The notes under the pieces were generated by a model. It was not told the origin of the DNA and did not search any database. It worked only from the letters and a program-made list of their open reading frames with translations. Source: an uncultured delta proteobacterium (GTDB taxonomy: Bacteria; Desulfobacterota; Binatia; UBA9968). From it: DNA of 64,000 bases. The DNA is taken from assembly GCA_963727625.1 (NCBI GenBank), contig CAVSHR010000005.1:704001-768000 (forward strand), in the 5' to 3' direction. The position numbers and the translations under genes were made by a program. Positions 1 through 8,354 of this stretch are shown in pieces. Numbering within the stretch: position 1 is the stretch's first letter; every line of letters begins with the position of its first letter.

Positions 1-413
1 CAGAGGCTGTCCGGCGACGGGAACTGGTCCAGCGGGATTTCCCGCTCCACTGTGCCCGCCCCGCCCGTTCGGTCGTGTTCGAGGAATGCATCGCCATTCG
101 AGCTATAGGCGAACGGCACATCGAGAATCTCGGCGTATTCGAGCGCTTGTTGCATACCGGCGCCGACGGTCTCGTTATTGTCTTTGGCTTCGATGACCGC
201 GATCGGAATGCCGGGCTTGTAGTAAAGAAGATAGTCAGCCTTCTTGGCTTCTCCGCGTTTCACCGTCCTGCCACGAACGATCACGCGGCCTTTGGTGAAA
301 TAGACCTCTTCCCGAAGTTGGATCATCAAGTCCCATGCGCCGCTTGGTGGCACCAGCGCGGGAGTGATGAACTTAGTGCGGATGTCCGCTTCGGTGAGTT
401 CTTTTTTGTTCAT
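1..413 (-). CDS. hsdR: Type I restriction enzyme subunit R, EcoAI-like (5' part only, runs off window edge)
   Basis: Manual minus-strand translation from ATG at 413: MNKKELTEADIRTKFITPAL...EEVYFTKGRVIVRG...KADYLLYYKPGIPIAVIEAKDNN...GMQQALEYAEILDVPFAYSSNGDAF. This has the HsdR_N nuclease motifs D..EAK and QxxxY. Confidence 0.88.
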   Translation of the reverse strand, partial: MNKKELTEADIRTKFITPALVPPSGAWDLMIQLREEVYFTKGRVIVRGRTVKRGEAKKADYLLYYKPGIPIAVIEAKDNNETVGAGMQQALEYAEILDVPFAYSSNGDAFLEHDRTGGAGTVEREIPLDQFPSPDSL

Positions 414-644
414 GGGTCGCGTCTGTGCTGCTACTACGCGGGTGTCGAGGCCTCACAGCTAAAGATCGCGTCGGATTGTGGATCGAAAGTCAGCGTAAAA
501 TTTTTTCGTAGATTACTGCATCCGGCGGGTTTTCGGCAAGAGCGACGGTTAAAGGTGCGGGGTGGGTTCAATACCGCAGGATCGGGTCCGCGATGTCTGA
601 TGTTAGCGGCGGATGAGGCCGCGACATTTTTTCATTGCCATCGG

Positions 645-968
645 TCAGAACGAAAGCCAGGATAGAATAAGCACCAGCACGGCTCCGGCGATCATGCCGC
701 TGACCGCGCTCTTGGTTTTACGCGCGATGACGACGGCGACGGTCAGAGCCAATACGCGCCGCGGCGCGGCGGCGGTTTCCAGACGAGCCCCCGACATGAA
801 AAGTGTGACGGAAATAATGCTGCAAACCAGACCATAGGAAACGTAGCGCAACCAACGGTCCCACGCCTCGGGAAATTTCTGCCCGGCAAAAAGAAGCTGC
901 GGCAAGGCGCGCATGGCGAACGCCATGAGCCCCATGATCAGGATGATTTGGACGCGCGTAATTTCCAC
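645..968 (-). CDS. azlD: AzlD-domain branched-chain amino acid transport protein
   Basis: Hydrophobic ~107 aa (MEITRVQIILIMGLMAFAMRALP...WLRYV) overlapping the azlC 3' end. GTG at 968 preferred over the longer track ORF. Confidence 0.7.
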   Translation of the reverse strand: MEITRVQIILIMGLMAFAMRALPQLLFAGQKFPEAWDRWLRYVSYGLVCSIISVTLFMSGARLETAAAPRRVLALTVAVVIARKTKSAVSGMIAGAVLVLILSWLSF

Positions 969-1684
969 TCTTCTACCCCCCAAACCAGAGTTGCGACGAC
1001 GATCGCCATGATCAGCCAGCCCCAACCCGGACTGGCGAGCGCGCCGGGGAGCGCCGCAATCAAGCTGCCGGCGCAAATCAGCGGCATCGCCCAGCCTTTC
1101 ATTTCCACAACCAGCAAGCCGGCGAAATAACCGGGTAAAATAAATCGCAGCGCTTCGTCGTAATCCGAGGTAAAACCCAGCGCGACGCCGAATCCCGCGC
1201 CGGTCCCGACGACCCAAACAGTGAAACTGGTTACGCCGACGCCCAGGAAAAAAGCCAGGTTGCCGTAGCCACCGGGCAATCGCCCTTCTGCTGAATCAAC
1301 GCCAACCCCGGCTCGTTCTTTTTGAAATTGCAGGTACGGCACGATGAAGCTGCTGGCGCTGACCACTTGCGACGAAATCAGCAGTGGCAAACGCTTTACG
1401 CCGCGAAAGAACGGCGCCAGCGCCGTGCTCATCGGCAGGAATCGCAAATTCATGAGAAACCCCGCAACCAGAACTTGCAGCGCCGACATATTTTCGGCGA
1501 GCGGACCGAGCACGGCAAATTGCGCCGGCCCGGAATAAACCCAGGCGGACATGAGAATGACTTCATCAAGCGAGAGGCCGTGGCGCTGGGCGGCAATGCC
1601 CCAGGCGAGCGATGACGGCACGAAAGCGATCCAGATCGGAATCGCCGCTTTCATCCCCTGGCGAAAACGCCGTGCAAAAGACAT
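938..1684 (-). CDS. azlC: AzlC family permease
   Basis: MSAWVYSGPAQF and NLRFLPMS motifs typical of AzlC, multiple TM helices. Confidence 0.85.
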   Translation of the reverse strand: MSFARRFRQGMKAAIPIWIAFVPSSLAWGIAAQRHGLSLDEVILMSAWVYSGPAQFAVLGPLAENMSALQVLVAGFLMNLRFLPMSTALAPFFRGVKRLPLLISSQVVSASSFIVPYLQFQKERAGVGVDSAEGRLPGGYGNLAFFLGVGVTSFTVWVVGTGAGFGVALGFTSDYDEALRFILPGYFAGLLVVEMKGWAMPLICAGSLIAALPGALASPGWGWLIMAIVVATLVWGVEEWKLRASKSS

Positions 1685-1867
1685 TCCTCTCGCTTAACGG
1701 AGCAAAAAGAAAAGATCAATCGGAGGCAAAAATTTGCCGGAATTCGACAGATGCAAATACTGGTCTGTGGGCCGGGACGGCCCGTAGAATAAAACTCGAA
1801 ACATCGCGATTTCAGATCGTGATCGCCGCTTTGCCGCGGCAACCGCGATCCTGGAATTGCAGAAAGA

Positions 1868-2707
1868 TCAGGTTGTCCGGTGAATTCCCGCGCCGGTCAA
1901 ATAATCGTAAAGATTGGCCACGTTCATCCGCATCACGCGCGGCGCCATGCCGTCTTGGCCGACATCCATTGGATATTTGTCGGTCAAGGCGGTTAGGCTT
2001 GCCATGCACCGTTCTTTATTCATCCCGGCTTCGATGCCGCGCCGCACGTAGTCCACCCACTCGCTAAGAAACGCGCCCTGCTCGTCCAAGTAGCGCTTAT
2101 CGCATACCGGTCCATGGCCCGGTACGAGCGTTTCCTCGTCTAGGGCGCGCAGCGATTCGAGCGCCGACAGCCAATGGTCCGGGTTGCCTTCTTGGATCCA
2201 GGTTTGCACCCGGCAAAAAATATTGTCGCTGGTAAACACGACGCCTTCTTCCTCGACGACAACGGCGGCTTGATAGGGCGTGTGGCCGGGCATATGGATC
2301 ATGCGAAAAGTATGATTGCCGACGTGCAACGTCATTCCTTCGTCAAACGTGATCACCGGCGCATTGGGTTTATAGTTTTCCAGCAGCTTGGGTTCCTCGG
2401 GCCCAAAGGAAGCCACGCGTGCGACATGGGCTGGCAGCTCGGTGGCCAGAATGCGCGCGCGCACACCTTCGTGTGCGACCACCGGCGTATCGAAGAAAGC
2501 GTTGCCGGTCCAGTGGTCGCCGTGGGGCTCGGTATTGATGATGTAGCGCAAGCGGCCGCGCCGCTCGATTTCGGTTTTAAGCCGGACCGCGTCGCTCGGC
2601 TTGTGCGGCGTATCGATCAGCACGATCCCGTCCGAGGTCACCACGATGCCGTGATTGGCGCCCTTCAGGCCGGTTTCCACGAATACGTTGCTGCTCAGCT
2701 GCTTCAT
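1868..2707 (-). CDS. MBL-fold metallo-hydrolase (cyclase-like)
   Basis: VLIDT, INTEPHGDH (variant of THxHxDH), PGHT, FTSD and VPGHG motifs. Confidence 0.85.
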   Translation of the reverse strand: MKQLSSNVFVETGLKGANHGIVVTSDGIVLIDTPHKPSDAVRLKTEIERRGRLRYIINTEPHGDHWTGNAFFDTPVVAHEGVRARILATELPAHVARVASFGPEEPKLLENYKPNAPVITFDEGMTLHVGNHTFRMIHMPGHTPYQAAVVVEEEGVVFTSDNIFCRVQTWIQEGNPDHWLSALESLRALDEETLVPGHGPVCDKRYLDEQGAFLSEWVDYVRRGIEAGMNKERCMASLTALTDKYPMDVGQDGMAPRVMRMNVANLYDYLTGAGIHRTT

Positions 2708-2774
2708 CAGTCACCTCGCGCTACAAGGCCGCAGATGCCCGCCGAATTCAGCCAGAAGCCCGAGACTTTTTAAC

Positions 2775-3767
2775 CTACTCTACTTTGTAGCCCAGCTCCT
2801 TAGCCACCTCGCGCGCGATTCGTGTGTCGGCAATTTCGTCCAGCGAAATCTTCTTGCCGGCAAACTGCCCGAGCATCTGCAGCGCCTTGACGATCTGTTC
2901 CATGCCCTGGCGGCTCGGCACGCCGTTGCCGGCGGCGCTGCGGCGGGCGTCCGCGAACATCTCTTCGCCAACTTCGCGGTCGACTCTTATCGTGCGCATG
3001 ATCAGATCGATCGCTTTTTCTTTCGACTGCAGTAAGGTTTTCTTGGCAGTTTGCAAAGAGAGAATCACCCGCTTAAGTTCATCGCTGCGGTTCTGAATCG
3101 CCGCATTCGATGCCGTAAGCCCGCCCAGTGGCATCTGCACATAATCGCCGATTTCTAATAACGCGCGAAAGCCTTTTTTCTTGGCGTGATAATTCAATGG
3201 CGAATTGAGCTGGGCAGCTTCGATGACGCCGCTTTCCAAGCCGCTCAACAGCTGCGGCGCCCCTAGCGCAACAAGCACAAAGTCTTTCGGATTTTCGCCG
3301 ACGGCTTCCAGAGCGATACGGAGCGCCACGTCCGACGTTCCACCTAGTCCGGTGAGGCCGATGCGTTTGCCACGCAATTCTTTGAGCGATTTAAATTCAG
3401 GCCGGGCCAGCACCGTGTAAATCAGCGACTCCGAAGCAAACCAAACGGCCTTAGAAGGCAAACCTCTGAGTGTTGCCGCCACCGAGTTGGGGCCGACTCC
3501 GGCGACGTAGTGAAGCTCGCCGCTGGCCAACGCCGAATTGGCCGCTTGCGAGCGCATCTGAATGCTTTCGACTTCGAGACCGTTTTGCTCGAAGATTTTC
3601 CACTGCTGCGCGGCAAACAAGGCCAGGCAACAGATCGACGTGTTGGGATACGAAATACGGATCCTGGTTCTACGCTCCTGTGCGGACCCCGGCACTGCGA
3701 GCGCAACAGCCGCCGCGATGATCGCTGCGGTCACTCCGAAGCGAGTTCCGTGATTCTTTGATCTCAT
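2775..3767 (-). CDS. ABC transporter substrate-binding protein, NitT/TauT (SsuA/THI5-like)
   Basis: Signal peptide, FEQNGLEVE, LKELRGKRIG, LESGVIEAAQL; 330 aa. Confidence 0.8.
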   Translation of the reverse strand: MRSKNHGTRFGVTAAIIAAAVALAVPGSAQERRTRIRISYPNTSICCLALFAAQQWKIFEQNGLEVESIQMRSQAANSALASGELHYVAGVGPNSVAATLRGLPSKAVWFASESLIYTVLARPEFKSLKELRGKRIGLTGLGGTSDVALRIALEAVGENPKDFVLVALGAPQLLSGLESGVIEAAQLNSPLNYHAKKKGFRALLEIGDYVQMPLGGLTASNAAIQNRSDELKRVILSLQTAKKTLLQSKEKAIDLIMRTIRVDREVGEEMFADARRSAAGNGVPSRQGMEQIVKALQMLGQFAGKKISLDEIADTRIAREVAKELGYKVE

Positions 3768-3788
3768 AATAAACCTCCTGAAATTTAT

Positions 3789-5585
3789 TTACCGCCCGTT
3801 GAGCCCAGCGGAATTAGCGGGCAGTTTCCCGCGTCCCCTGAGTTCCCGGGTCTCCGCTTCGTCAAATGCAAATTTTCTCCCGTTCTGCTTGATCACCACG
3901 CCGTAATCGCGGCGCGCGGCGTCTAAGGACACATATCCCGAGCGAACGTCCGCGAGCACGCGCTCCGGATCCCGTTCCAACGGATTCCAGAAACCGCCGC
4001 CACCGCCGACTTCGACAAGAAAACCGTCTTCGCAGGCAAGCGTCGCATGGCCGATCGTCTTGCCCGTCGGCAACCTTTCGATCGAGCCATCCTTGCGCAC
4101 GATGCTGAAACGATTTGCCTGCGCGTCCCTGCCGCCGTGCAGTCCCCAGGGCGCGCACTTGGTGCGCTCCATCGCCGACAGTACGCTCCCCGGCGCGAGC
4201 ATGCGCACCTCCTGGGCCACGCCCAGGCCGCCGCGAAATTTCCCCGCGCCGCCCGAATCCTGGCGCAATTTGCGATAAGAAATAAAAATCGGCCCTTTCC
4301 CTTCGCCCGCCTCCACCGGCGTGTTGTGGGTATCGCCGTCGTTGATGCAAAAAGTCGCGTTTTGCCCGTCGCGGTCATGCAGAGCGCCCCAGCCGCCGCC
4401 GGACAGCGTCTGAGGAAAATGAAAGGCCCGGCCGGTTTTCGGATCAAGGCCGAAGGTGCGCGGCGCCGCCAGATCGGCGTGATGGCCGGCGAGCACGTTT
4501 TCTGGACAGGCCGGCGCCAGCGCTTTGAAGATCGTATCGGCCACGGTCATCGGCACGGTCATCCAGGTGCGCACCGGCGCCGGCTTGGTCGCGCTCACCA
4601 CCCGGCCGGGGGGGAGAATGATCTTCAGCGGGCGAAACGAGCCTTCGTTGATCGGCAAATACAGCGGAGTAGTCAGAAATTTAAAGGCGACTTCGGAGGC
4701 CGAGCGGCCCGCGGTAGCGCCGGAATTGTACGGCCCGGCGACCTGCGGGCTCACCCCGCTCAAATCGACGGTCATCTCTGCGCCGCGCACTTCGACGCGG
4801 ACCTTGATCGGAATAGGTTTACCCAGATTAACGCCGTCGTCGTCCATGGAAGACTCGGCTTCGTAGACGCCGGCGGGAATTTTTTCCACCGCGGCGCGCG
4901 CCAGCTTCTCGCTTTGATCGAAGATCAACAGCACGCTTTCTTTAAAGGTCTCGGTGCCGTAGCGTTGCAGCAACCGCGTCAAGCGCCGCTCGCCGGTGCG
5001 AATGGCTGCGAGCTGAGCGCGAAAATCGCCCATGGCGAATTCGGGCAAGCGGCAGTTGTTGCGGATGATCGCCGTGAGCTCCGCGTCTTGCTTGCCGGCT
5101 TTAAAAATCTTCACGAACGGCATTTGCAGCCCTTCGGAAAAAATATCCCGCGTCACTGCGCCGAGCACGCCGCCGACATCCTGCCAATGCCCCATGGATG
5201 ATGAAAACGCGATCAATTCGCCGTCATAAAAAATCGGCAGCGTAAAAATCATGTGATTGAGATGGCTGCCCATCACCTGCGGATCGTTGGTAAGGAGGAT
5301 GTCGCCGGGAAAAATATTTTTTTTGCCCCAGTGCCTGAGCTTCGCCTTGACCGCATCGGACAAGCCGCGGATGAACATCGGCAGGCCAAGACCGATAGAG
5401 ATCGTGTTGCCGTCGGCGTCGAACAGGCCTACGGTAAAGTCCTCCGCCTCGTAAATGATCATGTTGTAGGCGGTGCGCATGAGGTTGGTCTTCATCTCAT
5501 CGGTGATCGCCACCACCGTGCTGCGGATCACTTCGGCGGTGAAGGCGTCTATTGTCGATGGATTTGGTGTCATCTCGGCGCTCAC
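3789..5585 (-). CDS. Hydantoinase B/oxoprolinase family protein (downstream paralogue)
   Basis: LMRTAY..IYEAEDF, PGDILLTND, HWQDVGG, EGLQMP, DSGGAGKFRGGLG, GGGGFWNPLERDP..VLADVRSGYVS. Confidence 0.9.
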   Translation of the reverse strand: MSAEMTPNPSTIDAFTAEVIRSTVVAITDEMKTNLMRTAYNMIIYEAEDFTVGLFDADGNTISIGLGLPMFIRGLSDAVKAKLRHWGKKNIFPGDILLTNDPQVMGSHLNHMIFTLPIFYDGELIAFSSSMGHWQDVGGVLGAVTRDIFSEGLQMPFVKIFKAGKQDAELTAIIRNNCRLPEFAMGDFRAQLAAIRTGERRLTRLLQRYGTETFKESVLLIFDQSEKLARAAVEKIPAGVYEAESSMDDDGVNLGKPIPIKVRVEVRGAEMTVDLSGVSPQVAGPYNSGATAGRSASEVAFKFLTTPLYLPINEGSFRPLKIILPPGRVVSATKPAPVRTWMTVPMTVADTIFKALAPACPENVLAGHHADLAAPRTFGLDPKTGRAFHFPQTLSGGGWGALHDRDGQNATFCINDGDTHNTPVEAGEGKGPIFISYRKLRQDSGGAGKFRGGLGVAQEVRMLAPGSVLSAMERTKCAPWGLHGGRDAQANRFSIVRKDGSIERLPTGKTIGHATLACEDGFLVEVGGGGGFWNPLERDPERVLADVRSGYVSLDAARRDYGVVIKQNGRKFAFDEAETRELRGRGKLPANSAGLNGR

Positions 5586-5617
5586 TCTGCCTTCGAAGCT
5601 AAGATCCTATCCACAAC

Positions 5618-5727
5618 GATTTTAGACTTAGGATTTTTGATTTTAGATTGTCGGACTGGCCAGGAGCGTGAATCTGAACAACTGTGTTCCTGTTCTTTTC
5701 GCAATCCAAAATCGAAAATCCAGAATT
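5618..5727. repeat. Inverted pair of heptamer tandem arrays (GATTTTA... / AATCCAA...)
   Basis: GATTTTA GACTTAG GATTTTT GATTTTA GATTG at 5618-5650 and CAATCCAA AATCGAA AATCCAG AATT at 5702-5727. Confidence 0.75.
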
Positions 5728-5752
5728 TACGCTGCACGGAGAAAAATGACCA

Positions 5753-7525
5753 TTACGAGCCATTGGCTCGGCGTAAAGCCAAAGTGGCTGCGGCATCGAG
5801 CTTGAACCGCCGCCCTTGCTGTTCAACGACGACCCCGTACTCCCGTCGTGCCGCTTCCAAAGTCACGTAACCCGAGCGCACGTCGGCGAGAACTTTTTCC
5901 GCCTCCCGCTCCAACGGATTCCAGAAACCGCCCCCGCCGGCGGTCTCGATGAGAAAACCTTCACCTGCTTCGAGCTCGGTCGGCTTGATCTTTCCCGTGG
6001 CGAATTTTTCAACCTTGCCATTATGGCGCAGGATCGAGATCCGGTTCGCCAGTGCCGCGGCGCCGCCGTGCAGCCCCCAAGGCGCGCAGAGGGTCCGCTC
6101 CATGCGCGAGAAGATGGTCGCCGGCTTGCGCATGCGCACCTCCTGGGACACGCCTAGGCCGCCGCGAAATTTTCCCGGACCAGCCGAATCCTGGCGCAAT
6201 GATCTTTGCTCGACGATGATCGGGCTTTTCGCTTCGGTCGCCTCGACGGGCGAGTTATGCGTGTCGCCGTCGTTCAAGGCCACCGTCGCGCTCATCCCGT
6301 CTTGGTCCGACTTCGCGCCCCAGCCGCCGCCCGGATGGCCGATATGCGACCAGAAGAATCGCCCGGTTTCGACGTCGAAGCCGTGCGGGTTGACGATGCA
6401 CAGGTCGGCGTAGTGCGCCGCCAGGGTGCGCTCCGGGCAAGCGTCGGCCAAAGCTTTGAAGATCGTGTCGCATACGGTCATCGGCACGGTCATCCAGACG
6501 CGCACCGGCGCCGGCTTCATCGCGCTCACCACCCGGCCGGGGGGGAGGATGATCTTGAGCGGGCGAAACGAGCCGTCGTTGATCGGCAACAGCAGCGGCG
6601 TGGTGATGCACTTGAAGACCACTTCCGCCGCCGATCGGCCGGCGGTGATGCCCGAATTGTAAAATCCCGCCACCTGCGGGCTCACCCCGGTCAAATCGAT
6701 GGTCATATTCGCGCCGGCGACTTCGACGCGGACTTTGATCGGGATATGCTTGCCGAGGTTGACGCCGTCGTCGTCCATGAACGACTCGGCTTCGTAGACC
6801 CCGTCGGGAATCTGCCGTACCGCGGCGCGCGCCAACTTTTCGCTCTGTTCGAACACCCGGCCGATGCTGTCTTTGAACGCTGGATTGCCGTAGCGTTGCA
6901 GTAAATGAAGCAGGCGCCGCTCGCCGGTGCGGATCGACGCCAGTTGCGCGCGCATGTCGCCCATCGCCCGTTCCGGCACGCGCACGTTGGCCTTGATGAT
7001 CGAAGTGATCTCGGTATTTTCCACGCCGGCGCGGAAGTGCTTCACGAAGGGCAGCTGGAGCCCCTCGGAAAAGATATCCCGGGTGACGCCGCCGAGCTGC
7101 CCGCCGATGTCCTGCCAGTGGGCCATCGACGAGGCGAACGCCACCAGCTCGCCTTCGTTGAAAATCGGCAGCGTGTAAATCATATGGTTAAGATGGCTGC
7201 CCATGATGTAGCTGTCGTTGGTCAGGAGAATATCGCCGGGCTCGATGTTCTCCTTGCCCCAGAAGGAGATCTTCGACTTGATCGCATCCGACAAGCCGCG
7301 AATGAACATGGGTAGGCCGAGGCCGATGGAGATCGTGTTGCCGTCGGCGTCGAACAGACCGACGGTAAAATCTTCCGCCTCGTAGATGATCGTGTGATAC
7401 GCCGTGCGCATCAGATTGGTCTTCATCTCGCCGGTGATCGCCACCACGGCGCTGCGGATCACTTCGGCGGTAAAAGCATCGACGGTGCCTGCGTTTGCCG
7501 CAGCATGCTTCATTTCAGATTGCAT
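5753..7525 (-). CDS. Hydantoinase B/oxoprolinase family protein (upstream paralogue)
   Basis: Same motifs as 3789-5585, with long identical peptide stretches between the two copies. Confidence 0.9.
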   Translation of the reverse strand: MQSEMKHAAANAGTVDAFTAEVIRSAVVAITGEMKTNLMRTAYHTIIYEAEDFTVGLFDADGNTISIGLGLPMFIRGLSDAIKSKISFWGKENIEPGDILLTNDSYIMGSHLNHMIYTLPIFNEGELVAFASSMAHWQDIGGQLGGVTRDIFSEGLQLPFVKHFRAGVENTEITSIIKANVRVPERAMGDMRAQLASIRTGERRLLHLLQRYGNPAFKDSIGRVFEQSEKLARAAVRQIPDGVYEAESFMDDDGVNLGKHIPIKVRVEVAGANMTIDLTGVSPQVAGFYNSGITAGRSAAEVVFKCITTPLLLPINDGSFRPLKIILPPGRVVSAMKPAPVRVWMTVPMTVCDTIFKALADACPERTLAAHYADLCIVNPHGFDVETGRFFWSHIGHPGGGWGAKSDQDGMSATVALNDGDTHNSPVEATEAKSPIIVEQRSLRQDSAGPGKFRGGLGVSQEVRMRKPATIFSRMERTLCAPWGLHGGAAALANRISILRHNGKVEKFATGKIKPTELEAGEGFLIETAGGGGFWNPLEREAEKVLADVRSGYVTLEAARREYGVVVEQQGRRFKLDAAATLALRRANGS

Positions 7526-7565
7526 ATGCCAATACTCATCGCAAAATTGCCAACTTGAGGCTTTC

Positions 7566-7598
7566 CGTCATTCCCGCGCACGCGGGAATCCAGGTCAC
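7566..7598 (+). repeat. CGTC-tagged REP-like palindrome (ATTCCC-N8-GGGAAT core), left copy
   Basis: CGTCATTCCCGCGCACGCGGGAATCCAGGTCAC; inverted partner at 8355-8386. Confidence 0.8.
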
Positions 7599-7607
7599 TT
7601 CCAACCG

Positions 7608-7688
7608 CTATAGAATGTCGCCCCAGAGATCTTTCCAGCCCGGATTCTTCTCCTCGATCAGTTCCAGCTTCCAAGCTCGGTTCCATTT
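7608..7688 (-). pseudogene. C-terminal remnant of GIY-YIG nuclease family protein
   Basis: Reads KWNRAWKLELIEEKNPGWKDLWGDIL*, the typical tail of small GIY-YIG proteins. The 5' part is absent (in-frame TGA at 7695-7697). Confidence 0.75.
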
Positions 7689-7827
7689 TTGGGGTCATCG
7701 CGTAATGGAGTGGGTGGAAACGGATGCTTGTTAAGATGAAACCCTCCTATACCGGATCGCAAACATTCACAATTCCTATGAAGAGATTTGGCATGATTTA
7801 GGGATAACAGCCTGCTGATTTTGGGAC

Positions 7828-8235
7828 CTACGGTATCACTCTCCCATGAACGGTCCCTCCCTTTGGTAAAGGGAGGTTAGGAGGGATTTTCATGGCTTGA
7901 AAGATCGATTCCAGCACCGCCTCTGTTTGGAGCAACACTTCTCGGTCGTCAAAACGCAAAATTTTTAGTCCTTGCTGTTCCAGCTCCTTGGTCCTTTGTA
8001 GGTCGTATTTTACTGCTCGAGCCTCCAAATGCTGAGCGCCGTCCAGTTCTACGACTAGTTTTGCTGCCGGCGCATAAAAATCAGCGATGTACTTACCGAT
8101 TGGTTTTTGCCTATAGAACTGCACGCCGTGGATTTGTTTTCGTCGCAAGTGATGCCACAGATGTAGCTCGGCGTCGGTCGGATTGGCACGCAAGGTTCGC
8201 GCTTTAGCCTTAAGCTGGTGGTTGTAAGGTAACAT
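7828..8235 (-). CDS. DUF559 / very-short-patch-repair-like endonuclease
   Basis: MLPYN..LKAKARTLRANPTDAELHLW..LR..QFYRQKPIGKYIADFY...LVVELDGAQH...D..R...L...G..ILRF. Start ATG at 8235. Confidence 0.88.
   Translation of the reverse strand: MLPYNHQLKAKARTLRANPTDAELHLWHHLRRKQIHGVQFYRQKPIGKYIADFYAPAAKLVVELDGAQHLEARAVKYDLQRTKELEQQGLKILRFDDREVLLQTEAVLESIFQAMKIPPNLPLPKGGTVHGRVIP
7854..7891 (-). repeat. Palindromic repeat (CCTCCCTTT-N3-AAAGGGAGG), left inner copy
   Basis: Reverse complement GAAAATCCCTCCTAACCTCCCTTTACCAAAGGGAGGGA resembles 8239-8273. Confidence 0.75.
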
Positions 8236-8238
8236 CGC

Positions 8239-8273
8239 GAAAATCCCCCCATCCCCCTTTTTCAAAGGGGGAG
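8239..8273 (+). repeat. Palindromic repeat (TCCCCCTTT-N3-AAAGGGGGA), right inner copy
   Basis: GAAAATCCCCCCATCCCCCTTTTTCAAAGGGGGAG immediately upstream of the DUF559 start. Confidence 0.75.
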
Positions 8274-8354
8274 TTGAAACCTTCAAGAACAGCATTTCTT
8301 ACCAAGCTCACCCACTCAATCACGCGCGATTCTATTTTTTAGATCTGCTCTCGT

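Noticed and set aside
75-665. 196-aa plus-strand ORF
   Set aside because: Antisense shadow of hsdR with no recognisable motifs.
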